Source: an uncultured Candidatus Saccharibacteria bacterium | Lineage (GTDB): Bacteria > Patescibacteriota > Minisyncoccia > Phycocordibacterales > UBA918 | DNA: 64,000 nucleotides | Reading direction: 5' to 3' | Assembly (NCBI GenBank): GCA_964638425.1 | Contig: CAZWYM010000002.1 | Span: 2,547-66,546, forward strand | Part shown: piece after piece, positions 29,694-39,167 of the stretch | Layout of the letters: every line of letters begins with the position of its first letter | How positions within the stretch are numbered: position 1 is the stretch's first letter | Made by a program: the position numbers and the translations under genes | Notes under the pieces: model-generated | What the model was told of the DNA's origin: nothing | The model's input: the letters and a program-made list of their open reading frames with translations, nothing else | The model's database searches: none

Positions 29694-30290
29694 ATGCACA
29701 CATACACTCCAAAAGCATTTACTCTCCCGGAACTTCCAGGGCTATCAGAAAAACAAATTAAAGCTCACTTAGGGCTTTATGAGGGTTATGTAAAACACGT
29801 TAATCTCCTTCGTGAACAAATCGCTGAATTAACAACTCTCGACAAAGAAAAATACGCATACGCGATAATGGAAACTCGACGACGACTCGGATTTGAGTTT
29901 AATGGTATGCGTATGCACGAGTACTACTTTACCCAACTAGAAGGTGGCGCGACTGCACTTAACGCTGAATCAGCATTTGGAAAATCGGTGAGCGAAAAGT
30001 ATGGTTCTGTAGAAAACTTCATTTCCCACTTCACACAAGTCGGAATGAGTCGAGGAATTGGATGGTCAGTACTCTACGCAGACCCGAGCGAGAACACTAT
30101 TCATACTGCATGGGTAGCTGATCATGAATTAGGACAGCTTGGAGGGTTACCTATCATCCTTGCAATGGATATGTGGGAGCATGCATTTATGGTTGATTAC
30201 CTTCCTGCAGAGAAGAAAAATTACATTGAAGCATTCTTGAAGAATCTTAACTGGAGTGTCGTTGAAAAAAGATTTGACACCACCGCATAA
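29694..30290 (+). CDS. Fe/Mn superoxide dismutase family
   Basis: HLGLYEGY, MHEYYF, DMWEHAF metal-ligand motifs. Confidence 0.88.
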   Translation: MHTYTPKAFTLPELPGLSEKQIKAHLGLYEGYVKHVNLLREQIAELTTLDKEKYAYAIMETRRRLGFEFNGMRMHEYYFTQLEGGATALNAESAFGKSVSEKYGSVENFISHFTQVGMSRGIGWSVLYADPSENTIHTAWVADHELGQLGGLPIILAMDMWEHAFMVDYLPAEKKNYIEAFLKNLNWSVVEKRFDTTA

Positions 30291-31916
30291 TTAACGAAAT
30301 GGAAGTGGGCCACGAATCCCCTCTGAAGTGCTTTGCACTTCAGAGGGGATTTCGGTACCTACTTCTTTTTCAGTAACAATCACCCAGTCATCATAGCCAT
30401 CAGCTACTTGAGTACCGGTGAGTCTTTTTTGAGTCTGCGACTTGAAGATACAAAACAACCCTACCGCAATCCCTGCATACAGACACAAGACAATCCAAAA
30501 TGGAAATGCATCTATCTGAAACGATGCAAACGGAAGCCTGCCAAAAAATTCAGCCACGGTAATGATGTATCCGAGTGTGAGGTATGCGACATACCCAACT
30601 CCCATTCCAAGGAATCCGGAAAATATGCCAACAACACCGGTGAGAAAAGTAAAAAACATAGCGATAGGAACCATCGGAAGAACGAGCACATTCACGAGCA
30701 CTGAAACGATAGAAAGTGTCCCCATTTGGAAAAGGAGGAGTGGTAAAACGAATATCTGTGTTGCGAGGGTTGCGGTAACAAATCCTCGTACTCCCAAAAA
30801 AGACGGGATGCGGGTGAGCTTTGATTCAAGAAAAGGAGAAAGCAAGATGAGTCCAAGCGTTGCGAGGAATGAGAGTTGGAAACCAGGATCGTGTACGAGG
30901 AGATATGGATTAAGCAGTAACATCCCGACTCCTGTAATCATAAGTGCACGGAGCACTGCATACACCCTTCCCGAGCTTCTCGCGACGATAAGCAACCCCG
31001 CCATAACGGAAGCACGTACAACCGTTGCAGACAAACCAACAAGTATCGCAAAGAGAATGATAATACCAATCCCCATTATCATGCGTACTTTGGGAACAAA
31101 TAAAAATGAGAGGGCGAACATTACCCCTTCAACAACGAGCATAATGTTGTACCCAGAGAGAACAACAATATGAATAATTCCTGTCTCCCGAAAAACATCT
31201 TCAAGGTCTTTACCAATTGCTCGCTTCACTCCGAGGAGTACTCCCTCACCCAAACCTGCTTGTGGCTCAGGAATTATTTCCTCAATCTCTTTTTCAAAAT
31301 AATCCTTTCCTTTAAATACATACCCAAGGAGCGTTCCTTGTTCTTCCTCAGTAATAGATATTTTTGCATATGAAACAACGTACTCCACACCGCGCGCCTT
31401 TAGAAAGCCAGGGTAATCAAAAACCCGACCCGTATCTGTGTCGAATGCTTTCGGGGGTTCAATGCTCCCCGTTACCGAAATGGTGTCGCCATACGAAACG
31501 TCCGTGGAGTACAGACTGAACCGATCAACGGAAACGAGGATGCGTTCTGATTCGTCACCACCTATATCAATTGGGTCAACATAGAGGTGAGCGGTTGTCT
31601 CTCGCACTTCTGGTTCACTCACAACGACTGCTTGGAAGGTATGTTGCTCTCCTGCATATTCTTGAAATGTCGATGGGGACATTTCACTCACCTGTAGCCG
31701 AAGCATGCCGAGTGCGCACGTGAGAGACATTACTCCCACAACAAAGAGAATCGATTGTGACCTAGGGGTACTCCCCCGCACCTGCCATGCAATGAAGCAC
31801 GCAAGCCCAATGACAGCGAGCGCGAGTATTTCGGGGAAGTTGATATTAAAAAATGAGCGGAAGAAAATACCGCTCGCAACGCCAACCCCGCCAATATAAA
31901 AAAGTATTCCCTGCAT
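30291..31916 (-). CDS. comEC: ComEC/Rec2 competence channel protein
   Basis: GIIHIVVLSGYN, GLSATVVRA, GFQLSFLAT; many transmembrane helices. Confidence 0.9.
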   Translation of the reverse strand: MQGILFYIGGVGVASGIFFRSFFNINFPEILALAVIGLACFIAWQVRGSTPRSQSILFVVGVMSLTCALGMLRLQVSEMSPSTFQEYAGEQHTFQAVVVSEPEVRETTAHLYVDPIDIGGDESERILVSVDRFSLYSTDVSYGDTISVTGSIEPPKAFDTDTGRVFDYPGFLKARGVEYVVSYAKISITEEEQGTLLGYVFKGKDYFEKEIEEIIPEPQAGLGEGVLLGVKRAIGKDLEDVFRETGIIHIVVLSGYNIMLVVEGVMFALSFLFVPKVRMIMGIGIIILFAILVGLSATVVRASVMAGLLIVARSSGRVYAVLRALMITGVGMLLLNPYLLVHDPGFQLSFLATLGLILLSPFLESKLTRIPSFLGVRGFVTATLATQIFVLPLLLFQMGTLSIVSVLVNVLVLPMVPIAMFFTFLTGVVGIFSGFLGMGVGYVAYLTLGYIITVAEFFGRLPFASFQIDAFPFWIVLCLYAGIAVGLFCIFKSQTQKRLTGTQVADGYDDWVIVTEKEVGTEIPSEVQSTSEGIRGPLPFR

Positions 31917-31917
31917 A

Positions 31918-32610
31918 CTACTTTCGCCACTCAGCAATCAGTGCCGTTTCTTCTTCCTTTGAAAAAACTTTCTTATATTTTGATTTTTCACCTTTCACAC
32001 GAGCTTCGCATTCCGCCCATGTCGCATGCGATGCGACAACGCCAGACACGAGTGATACATATGCGTACGCCTTCCCCTTTTTAGACGAAGACGAAGAAAC
32101 CGCACGTGCCTTAGGCATACCTTTAAGGAACTCTGTGTACTCCATCTCGTTCCCCTGAAAGAGGGTTACCTTTTCCTTTCCCGCAAAGCCATTTGCAATC
32201 ATATCTACCCGCTCATTAAGAGCGATTCCTTGATGTGCGCGTACGTGCTCCCATGTTGTCGTATGCTTTTTTGAAACACGAAGGAGCTCTTCCCAGAGAT
32301 CTTTATTAAGAACCTCTTTCTTCTGCGTTGTCTGCCACCCATTTCGTTCCCACCCAAATACCCAGCCAGTGATGCCACGAATAACATATTGAGAATCTGT
32401 CTTTATCGTCACCTTTGATTTTTGGGAAAGCGCATCGAGTCCGCGAATCGCTGCAGTAAGTTCCATACGATTATTTGTGGTGTGCGTAGCAGAGTCACCA
32501 AGCTCGGTAACTATGCCATTCTTACCCTGCTCAAGAATAACCGTCCCCCACCCTCCAGGACCTGGGTTTCCGATTGCACTTCCATCACAATAGACTATTA
32601 CCTCGTTCAT
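31918..32610 (-). CDS. rnhA: ribonuclease HI with C-terminal hybrid-binding-like domain
   Basis: YCDGSAIGNPGPGG, TNNRMEL, TDSQY, NERVD; C-terminal TWAECEARVKG. Confidence 0.92.
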   Translation of the reverse strand: MNEVIVYCDGSAIGNPGPGGWGTVILEQGKNGIVTELGDSATHTTNNRMELTAAIRGLDALSQKSKVTIKTDSQYVIRGITGWVFGWERNGWQTTQKKEVLNKDLWEELLRVSKKHTTTWEHVRAHQGIALNERVDMIANGFAGKEKVTLFQGNEMEYTEFLKGMPKARAVSSSSSKKGKAYAYVSLVSGVVASHATWAECEARVKGEKSKYKKVFSKEEETALIAEWRK

Positions 32611-32750
32611 TTACCTGAGTATACCACTCAAAGAAATTTGTATCAGCTGGTTAGACACGACAAATTGTGTTGCGTTTTTTAAAAAAAGTAGCATACTCGA
32701 ATATGGTTCCTCCGTGTGGGGGTGTTTTTTAAAAAGAGAGGAGATGTACC

Positions 32751-33296
32751 ATGAGTAACGAACCGTTATTACGTCGATTGGGGGTTGCAAAAACAAATGA
32801 CGCAAGGTGGCGCATATTTTTCGCAACAACGAATGTTTGCATCCAGGATAGAGTGTTGTACTGCATCCTCCAAAACAGTCAAGACAACGTGGAAAGATGG
32901 AGGGTATTTGATAACACATTCCATAAAGATTTGCAGGAGAAAGCCTTGATTGCAATTCTTATTGATGCAACATTTAGGGGTGACCTGAAACAAATGTGGC
33001 TAGTACATGAATGTGCATCACCTCCAGAACTAAAGGCACTTGCGCAAGCATACATCTATTTACTGGAACATCTTCCCGGTAACACAACTGATGAAAGCAT
33101 CAAATCTGAAAGTGCCCAAGAAAATGTGTTCACAAACGAAAATGTATTACATCGCGAAGCGAAATTTGCAAAAGTACTGAGTGATCCTACTGCATCTCCA
33201 AGTTCCTTATATGAAGTATTTTTTTACACGGTAAGCGATTCAAGAAAAAGGCAAGCATTTCTAAGAGCGCTCAAACAAAAGCCGGTAACAATGTAG
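32751..33296 (+). CDS. hypothetical protein
   Basis: 181 aa ORF with GAGGAG SD; followed by terminator repeat. Confidence 0.7.
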   Translation: MSNEPLLRRLGVAKTNDARWRIFFATTNVCIQDRVLYCILQNSQDNVERWRVFDNTFHKDLQEKALIAILIDATFRGDLKQMWLVHECASPPELKALAQAYIYLLEHLPGNTTDESIKSESAQENVFTNENVLHREAKFAKVLSDPTASPSSLYEVFFYTVSDSRKRQAFLRALKQKPVTM

Positions 33297-33302
33297 CTTC
33301 GA

Positions 33303-33337
33303 TCTCTCAACCGCATCACTCTGTGATGCGGTTTTTT
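33303..33337 (+). terminator. terminator, copy 1 of a 35-bp direct repeat
   Basis: tctctcaaccgcatcactctgtgatgcggtttttt. Confidence 0.85.
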
Positions 33338-33414
33338 ATTGACTTGAAAAAGCGCATATGGTTTCATTCAGAAAGCACTCATTCTTGTTCATCGAAAATT
33401 TAAGGAGAACTACC

Positions 33415-34020
33415 ATGCAGAGGAGTATTTTTGTGTTACTTATCTTGTACGCCCTATTACCTCGACTCACCTTAGCAGAGGACTTGTCTCAACCATGCAA
33501 CACTTTTAACCCAGAGGCACAAACTTTCACCCCGTGCATTCCTGGAAATGAAATTGATGTTCGTAATGTATCTCAAGAGCTTCGCGAGCAAGGAATCACT
33601 CCCGACTCAGAAATTTTTGCTTCTGTATTAAAAGGACATGAGTATGTTATTACAAATTTGCAAATGCAGTTATCTCTCAGTTACACACCGGAAACAGGCT
33701 TCCACACGACCGTTAAAACACCGCGAGCACTCGAATTGATTCACGATTATTTCTTTCTTATATTAAATAGTTTTGCAGTAATTTCAGGGCTTATCACAAC
33801 GAGTCGGTGGTGGATACGTCCATTCTCTCTTGGACTCAGTATCTTAGTACCAATTTTTGGAGTCATCCAATTTATACGCGGGTACTCACTGTATTGGTTC
33901 CCTGTTGTTCCAATCGCTCTTGTCTCAATTTGTCTTGAATTTATTGTGTACCTTATATCCAGAGAGAAAAGGCCGGAAATCATAAGTCTAGTATCAAAAA
34001 TCAGACTGATAAAATGGTAA
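33415..34020 (+). CDS. hypothetical membrane protein
   Basis: ATG 33415 after TAAGGAG; signal peptide and about 3 transmembrane helices. Confidence 0.7.
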   Translation: MQRSIFVLLILYALLPRLTLAEDLSQPCNTFNPEAQTFTPCIPGNEIDVRNVSQELREQGITPDSEIFASVLKGHEYVITNLQMQLSLSYTPETGFHTTVKTPRALELIHDYFFLILNSFAVISGLITTSRWWIRPFSLGLSILVPIFGVIQFIRGYSLYWFPVVPIALVSICLEFIVYLISREKRPEIISLVSKIRLIKW

Positions 34021-34027
34021 ATATTCT

Positions 34028-34062
34028 TCTCTCAACCGCATCACTCTGTGATGCGGTTTTTT
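34028..34062 (+). terminator. terminator, copy 2 of the 35-bp direct repeat
   Basis: Identical to 33303-33337. Confidence 0.85.
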
Positions 34063-34260
34063 TAAATGATATCGACTAGCGTCAGGTTTGTAATTCGCTA
34101 CGCTCATATTCCGACTTACAGTCGCAGTACACCTTTCGCAGAAATTGCTCAAGGTCTTGCGAAGCTCAAAGTATTCGCTTCTCACCTCCCCGGTCTCATT
34201 CATTTCGCCATTATGAATAGGCGAAATATCATTCCGACTCATAGTCGATATCATTTAAAA
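34062..34260 (-). mobile_element. composite mini-element (B nested in A) at recJ 3' end with alternative end LVDII*
   Basis: 19-bp inverted repeat 34060-34078/34242-34260 that matches the recJ end 34275-34293 with one mismatch. Confidence 0.75.
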
Positions 34261-34276
34261 AATAAAACAATTCATT

Positions 34277-35998
34277 TTAAATGACATCGACTATGCGTAA
34301 TCTTGTCTCAAGTCTTCCCATAAAAAATGAACGCTCAATATGTGCAAGGAGGGTAACTGATTTCCCCGCCTCGGGGAGAACAGCAAAATCAGTCGGCAGT
34401 TTAAAAAAACAAATAGCATCAAACCGTTTGTTCTTTGTAATGATTTTAAGTTTTGTGTGATTTTTTGTTTTCCCAAAAATCGAAACATCTTGCGGAATCA
34501 CATCTTGTATTTCAAAAAGTGGCTTTGGGTTCCCAATACCAAATGGAGCGAGCGAATCGAGTGTTCGGAGAAGTCCGTCATCAACATCGTCCATGGTAAT
34601 TCGCGCGTCTATTGGTTGTCCCTGACTCGGAACAAACGCATCAGTCTTGAGTGATTCGTAAGCGGTAATGAGTGCTTCTGAAAGTGTGTGTATCCCCTCA
34701 TGACTCACCGAGAAACCTCCCGACGCGTGATGCCCCCCGAATGTGAGAAATGAGTCTGGGGTTGCCTCCATGAGTTCAACAATACTAATAGTCCCTTCAC
34801 TACGACAGGAACCTTTGATGATTCCTTTACCGTCGCGACCCCAGAGAAACGCGGGGCGATTAAATTCTTCCGCAAGAGAGTTCGCAACGAGTCCAACGAG
34901 TGACGGACGCCATTCTGGATTTCCCATGACAATGACGTGAGGGAGTTCTTCAAGAGCGCTCATCCGTTTCTTTGCCTCTTTAACCATACTTGCTACAACC
35001 CCCTTTCTTTCATTGTTAAGTTTTTCGAGATGGAGAACATGTCCTCCAGCCTCAACTTCGTCACGTGTGCGTAACATATGAAAAGCGTTCTCAGGAGTAT
35101 CCATGCGTGACGCTGCATTAATGCGTGGGGCGATGGTAAAACCGATATCATCTTCAGTGAGATGCCTCTGGCTACCACCCGCCTTTCGTAAAAGATGTTG
35201 CAACCCAGGTCGCCCAGACTTCCGCAACACCGACAAACCAAAACGAGCGAGGACCCGATTCTCGTTGGTGAGAGGAACCATATCGGCGACTGTTGCAAGG
35301 GCAACGAGGTCGAGCCACCACTTCTCCATACCATCCTTCAGTGTAATCTGCCCGCTTATTTTCCCTTTTTCAAGAATTGCCTGAACGAGCTTAAACGCAA
35401 CAGTTGTTCCACAAATACCATTAAACGGGTACGCATCATCTCGTTTTGGGTTGATGACAGCAAAGGCGGGAGGGAGCGTTTCACTCGGTTCGTGGTGATC
35501 GGTAACAATAACATCAATACCTAGTGCATTTGCAGCAGAAACAGCATCGTGGTCAGTAATCCCACAATCAACCGTAATAATGAGTGATGCGTTTCGCTCC
35601 TTAAACTGTGGAACGGAATCTGCATTAAATCCGTACCCTTCTTCATGTCGATGGGGAATATAATTTTCAAAATTTAGATACCCGATTGCAGTAAAGAAGT
35701 CATGGAGAAGTACTCCTCCAGGAATTCCATCACAATCATAATCGGTATAAATGACGATATGCTCGTCATTAAGAAACGCTCTCAAGATTCTTTCGGTCGC
35801 CTTCTCCATATCGGTAAGGAGAAAGGGGCTATGCAAATCTGTCTCATAGTTCGGAGCCATGAAAGCGCGCGCTCGTACTCCGTCGGTGATTCCTCTATTA
35901 AAGAGAAGTTGCTGTGTGAGTGGTGTGTACTCAGTAAGTTCTTGCGCAACAGACTCCGGGAGTGTTGGCGAGAGAGTGTATGTCCGCGATGTCGCCAT
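34277..35998 (-). CDS. recJ: single-stranded DNA exonuclease RecJ
   Basis: DYDCDG, TVDCG, TDHH, PRINAASR, GGHHASGG. Confidence 0.96.
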   Translation of the reverse strand: MATSRTYTLSPTLPESVAQELTEYTPLTQQLLFNRGITDGVRARAFMAPNYETDLHSPFLLTDMEKATERILRAFLNDEHIVIYTDYDCDGIPGGVLLHDFFTAIGYLNFENYIPHRHEEGYGFNADSVPQFKERNASLIITVDCGITDHDAVSAANALGIDVIVTDHHEPSETLPPAFAVINPKRDDAYPFNGICGTTVAFKLVQAILEKGKISGQITLKDGMEKWWLDLVALATVADMVPLTNENRVLARFGLSVLRKSGRPGLQHLLRKAGGSQRHLTEDDIGFTIAPRINAASRMDTPENAFHMLRTRDEVEAGGHVLHLEKLNNERKGVVASMVKEAKKRMSALEELPHVIVMGNPEWRPSLVGLVANSLAEEFNRPAFLWGRDGKGIIKGSCRSEGTISIVELMEATPDSFLTFGGHHASGGFSVSHEGIHTLSEALITAYESLKTDAFVPSQGQPIDARITMDDVDDGLLRTLDSLAPFGIGNPKPLFEIQDVIPQDVSIFGKTKNHTKLKIITKNKRFDAICFFKLPTDFAVLPEAGKSVTLLAHIERSFFMGRLETRLRIVDVI

Positions 35999-36056
35999 AG
36001 TAAGCTCATTTTAGCACAGACGCCTCCGTCGCGGGAACTATGATAAAATGACCGCT

Positions 36057-36467
36057 ATGAATGATATTTTTGAAAAAATAATCACAGGGGAAATACCTGC
36101 GGATATTGTGTATGAGGACGATATTGTTATCGCCTTCCTAGATATTAGGCCAGTACGAAAGGGCCATACGCTCATTGTTCCTAAAGTGAAGTGTGAAAAT
36201 ATATTTGATGCGGAGCCTGAAGTGCTTGCACACATGATAACTACTGCACAAAAAATTGCCCGAACCCTCCCCAAAACTGTTGGCGCAAAGGGAGTAAACA
36301 TCCTCATGAATAACGGGCACGAAGCAGAGCAAGAAGTACCCCATGCTCACATGCACGTCATCCCCCGATTTGTAAAAGGAGAAGCGTTTGTTCCACCACA
36401 GCACGAAACGTATTCTGGTGAGGAGAGTTCGACACTCCGCGAAAAAATAAAATCAGCACTTGCGTAA
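36057..36467 (+). CDS. HIT family protein
   Basis: IFEKII...AFLDI...GHTLIVPK...HAHMHVIPR. Confidence 0.93.
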   Translation: MNDIFEKIITGEIPADIVYEDDIVIAFLDIRPVRKGHTLIVPKVKCENIFDAEPEVLAHMITTAQKIARTLPKTVGAKGVNILMNNGHEAEQEVPHAHMHVIPRFVKGEAFVPPQHETYSGEESSTLREKIKSALA

Positions 36468-36486
36468 CAAGTGCTGATTTTATTTT

Positions 36487-36960
36487 TTAATTGGCAGTAG
36501 CGGGGGTATTCCAATCCATTTTCTCAATACTTACCCCATCATCGTTAAACCAAACTTTTCCAAATATTTTTTCTCCTTGAAGCGCTCTTGGTAGCCAGTG
36601 CGGGTCGTCCGCCCACATTTTTTCGTACGGAATATCTGTGTACGGAAACCATGCAGGTTTCATTTCTTCTGTCTCAACAGGATCTCCTTCCCATACCTTA
36701 ATGAAATAGGTGTGGACGATAAGGTGCTTACCGTCTTTAAAGATGAACTCCACAATTCCAACTTTTTCTAAGTCACACTCCTGAACCATGACCCCAGACT
36801 CCTCAGCGATTTCACGCACCATTCCAACTTCAACACTCTCATTTTCCTCAAGCTTACCTCCAAATCCATTCCAGTTTCCTTCTCCAAATCCACGCTTCTT
36901 CATAGCGAGACAAATTTCCTTTTCTTTAAGCAAAAATCCTAACGTAAGCACTTTTTTCAT
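36487..36960 (-). CDS. Nudix hydrolase (8-oxo-dGTPase, MTH1-like)
   Basis: KKRGFG...GFGGKLE...REIAEESG, ETEEM.P.WF, MWADD.HW. Confidence 0.9.
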   Translation of the reverse strand: MKKVLTLGFLLKEKEICLAMKKRGFGEGNWNGFGGKLEENESVEVGMVREIAEESGVMVQECDLEKVGIVEFIFKDGKHLIVHTYFIKVWEGDPVETEEMKPAWFPYTDIPYEKMWADDPHWLPRALQGEKIFGKVWFNDDGVSIEKMDWNTPATAN

Positions 36961-37004
36961 AATTGTATTTCCATATTTATAAAATAATGGATTTGAGGGC
37001 AGTT

Positions 37005-37082
37005 CGAGGTGAGAAGCGAATACTTGAAGCTTCGCAAGACCTTGAGCGAATTCTGCGAAAGGTGTACAGCTTCTGTAAGAAG
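37005..37082 (+). repeat. family B structured repeat
   Basis: Reverse complement closely matches 34112-34187; cttc-TGTAA-gaag hairpin. Confidence 0.8.
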
Positions 37083-37137
37083 AGAGCTCACTCGCGTCTC
37101 TTTAACTTCAAAGCAACAAAGAAATGCTTTACATGCA

Positions 37138-38271
37138 TTATTTTAAAAGTGCATCGATGCCTGGCAAGGTTCGCTTCTCCAAAAATTCAAGCATTGCTCC
37201 GCCTGCGGTTGAGATAAAGCCAAACGAATCTGAAAGTCCGAGTGACTCAATTGCTGCAACGGTGTCGCCTCCGCCAACAATAGAAAACGCGTCACTCTCT
37301 GCAATGAGCTTTGCACACGCTTTTGTTGCTCCATCATATCCCCCCTCATAATTTCCTAATGGACCATTCCAGAGAATCGTCTTCGCACTCTTAATGTACG
37401 GAGCAAGCATCTCAACAGATTGAAGCCCCACATCGAGAATCTTCTCATCTTTTGCAACATCCTCTACTGAAGCTTGCCGTGATGTGTCACCCTTTACCGC
37501 AACAACATCAGTCGGGAATAAAATATTATCTTTTTTAATGAGCGGGCTCTGCGACAAATCAACATCAGAAAGAAGTGATTCTCCAACTTCATATCCCTTT
37601 CCCTTCAAAAAATCATTTGCGAGTGCCCCGCCAATAAATGCATTCGTATACGAATGTGCGTACGCTTCAATAAGCGGAGCCTTTGTCTCAAATTTTGCTC
37701 CTCCCAAAATAAAGAGTGACGGATGTTCTGGAGAAAGAGCTTTTTGCAAACCATTGAACTCTTCCATGAAGGTAATTCCGGCAAAGCTTGGAAGAAATTT
37801 TGAGATACCTACAATTGAAGCGTGCGCTCGGTGTGAAACAGCAAAAGCATCATTTACGAAGAAGTCTGCATACGATGCGAGAGTTTGCGCAAATTTTTCA
37901 TCGTTTAATTCTTCTTCCTTATGTGAACGGACGTTCTCAAGGAGAATTGCTGACCCCTCTTTCATATGGGCAATCTTCCCAAGAACCTCTTCTCCTATTA
38001 CTCCCCCAACGTAGGTCACCGGGATATATTTTTCGAGAGAAGCAAGAAGTGGGAGCGTCGTGTTTTTTGGGTCTCTTCCAACATGGGTAAGGATAATAAC
38101 CCGTGCCCCACGTTCAATAAGGTACTTAATTGTTGGGATAGCGCGAATAACTCTAAAATCATTAGTGACCACCCCATCCTTAATAGGAACATCTAGCGAG
38201 ACCCGAACTAACACACGCATCCCGAAAATGTCGGTAAGCTCCTCCACTGAACGGAGTGTTGGGTTACTCAT
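37138..38271 (-). CDS. pgk: phosphoglycerate kinase
   Basis: LLENVR, VNDAFAVSHRAHAS, WNGPLG, GGGDT, STAGGAMLE. Confidence 0.97.
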   Translation of the reverse strand: MSNPTLRSVEELTDIFGMRVLVRVSLDVPIKDGVVTNDFRVIRAIPTIKYLIERGARVIILTHVGRDPKNTTLPLLASLEKYIPVTYVGGVIGEEVLGKIAHMKEGSAILLENVRSHKEEELNDEKFAQTLASYADFFVNDAFAVSHRAHASIVGISKFLPSFAGITFMEEFNGLQKALSPEHPSLFILGGAKFETKAPLIEAYAHSYTNAFIGGALANDFLKGKGYEVGESLLSDVDLSQSPLIKKDNILFPTDVVAVKGDTSRQASVEDVAKDEKILDVGLQSVEMLAPYIKSAKTILWNGPLGNYEGGYDGATKACAKLIAESDAFSIVGGGDTVAAIESLGLSDSFGFISTAGGAMLEFLEKRTLPGIDALLK

Positions 38272-39038
38272 ATATTTTTTACCGATTTTACAATCTGAGT
38301 AAATTCACCAGCTCGAAGGCTCGCTCCCCCAACAAGGAAACCATCAATCATTCCTTGAGAAAATAATTCCCGTGAATTTTTTTCATTCACCGAACCTCCA
38401 TAAATAATACGAACCTTCTGAGCAAAGTTTCTCCCGTACATGTCTGAAAGAACCTTTTCAATAAAGAGTTTCATCTCATGAACATCTTCAGCGGTTGCTG
38501 TGTCCCCGGTTCCAATTGCCCAAATAGGCTCATACGCAATAACAATCTGTGCTAGTTTTGCTTTCGAAATATTTGCGAGCCCCTTTCTGATTTGCATCTC
38601 AATATGCGTGAGGTAGTGTCCTCCAGTATCGCGCTTAATTTCTCCAACACATACTACTCCCGTGAGTCCTGCCTTAATTGTTGCTACAAGCTTTTTATTT
38701 ATGACTTCATCGGTCTCACCATCCCTTCTTCGTTCTGAGTGACCAAGTATTATATGAGTAACACCAAAACTCTGGAGCATTGAATGTGAAATTTCACCAG
38801 TAAAGCTTCCGAGTTTTTCGTAATAGACGTTTTGCGCACCAAGAGCAAATGCGTTCCCGCCATTTCTAATTTTTGCCGCATGCTCAAGATATACATACGG
38901 GGGAGCGACAACTACTTCAACATCGGTAACTTTATTTAAGTGCTTCTTTAAGTCTGTTAAAAGTTTACTGCTCAAGGTCGCTGACTGTGGGTTCATTTTC
39001 CAGTTCCCAATAATGAGCGGTGGTATACCAATTTTCAT
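38268..39038 (-). CDS. tpiA: triosephosphate isomerase
   Basis: GNWKMN, GHSERR, AYEPIWAIGTG, GFLVGGASL. Confidence 0.98.
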   Translation of the reverse strand: MKIGIPPLIIGNWKMNPQSATLSSKLLTDLKKHLNKVTDVEVVVAPPYVYLEHAAKIRNGGNAFALGAQNVYYEKLGSFTGEISHSMLQSFGVTHIILGHSERRRDGETDEVINKKLVATIKAGLTGVVCVGEIKRDTGGHYLTHIEMQIRKGLANISKAKLAQIVIAYEPIWAIGTGDTATAEDVHEMKLFIEKVLSDMYGRNFAQKVRIIYGGSVNEKNSRELFSQGMIDGFLVGGASLRAGEFTQIVKSVKNI

Positions 39039-39167
39039 AATACCTTTATTTTATCATGTCAGTACAAAAACCACGATTTGATGGAGTGTGCTCATTCGTC
39101 CAGCGATTTGCCCTGAGGCAGAACAAATCGGGACATACATTCGCAATAGTCGCTACAGTTCCTTTGC

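Noticed and set aside
36445-36487. Antisense copy of the HIT gene end as another mini-element
   Set aside because: There is no core or second direct copy. A bidirectional terminator between convergent genes explains it.
39061-39167. Structured spacer after the PilX-like gene as a further element
   Set aside because: Hairpins are present, but there is no clear A or B core and only a weak antisense match to the gene end.
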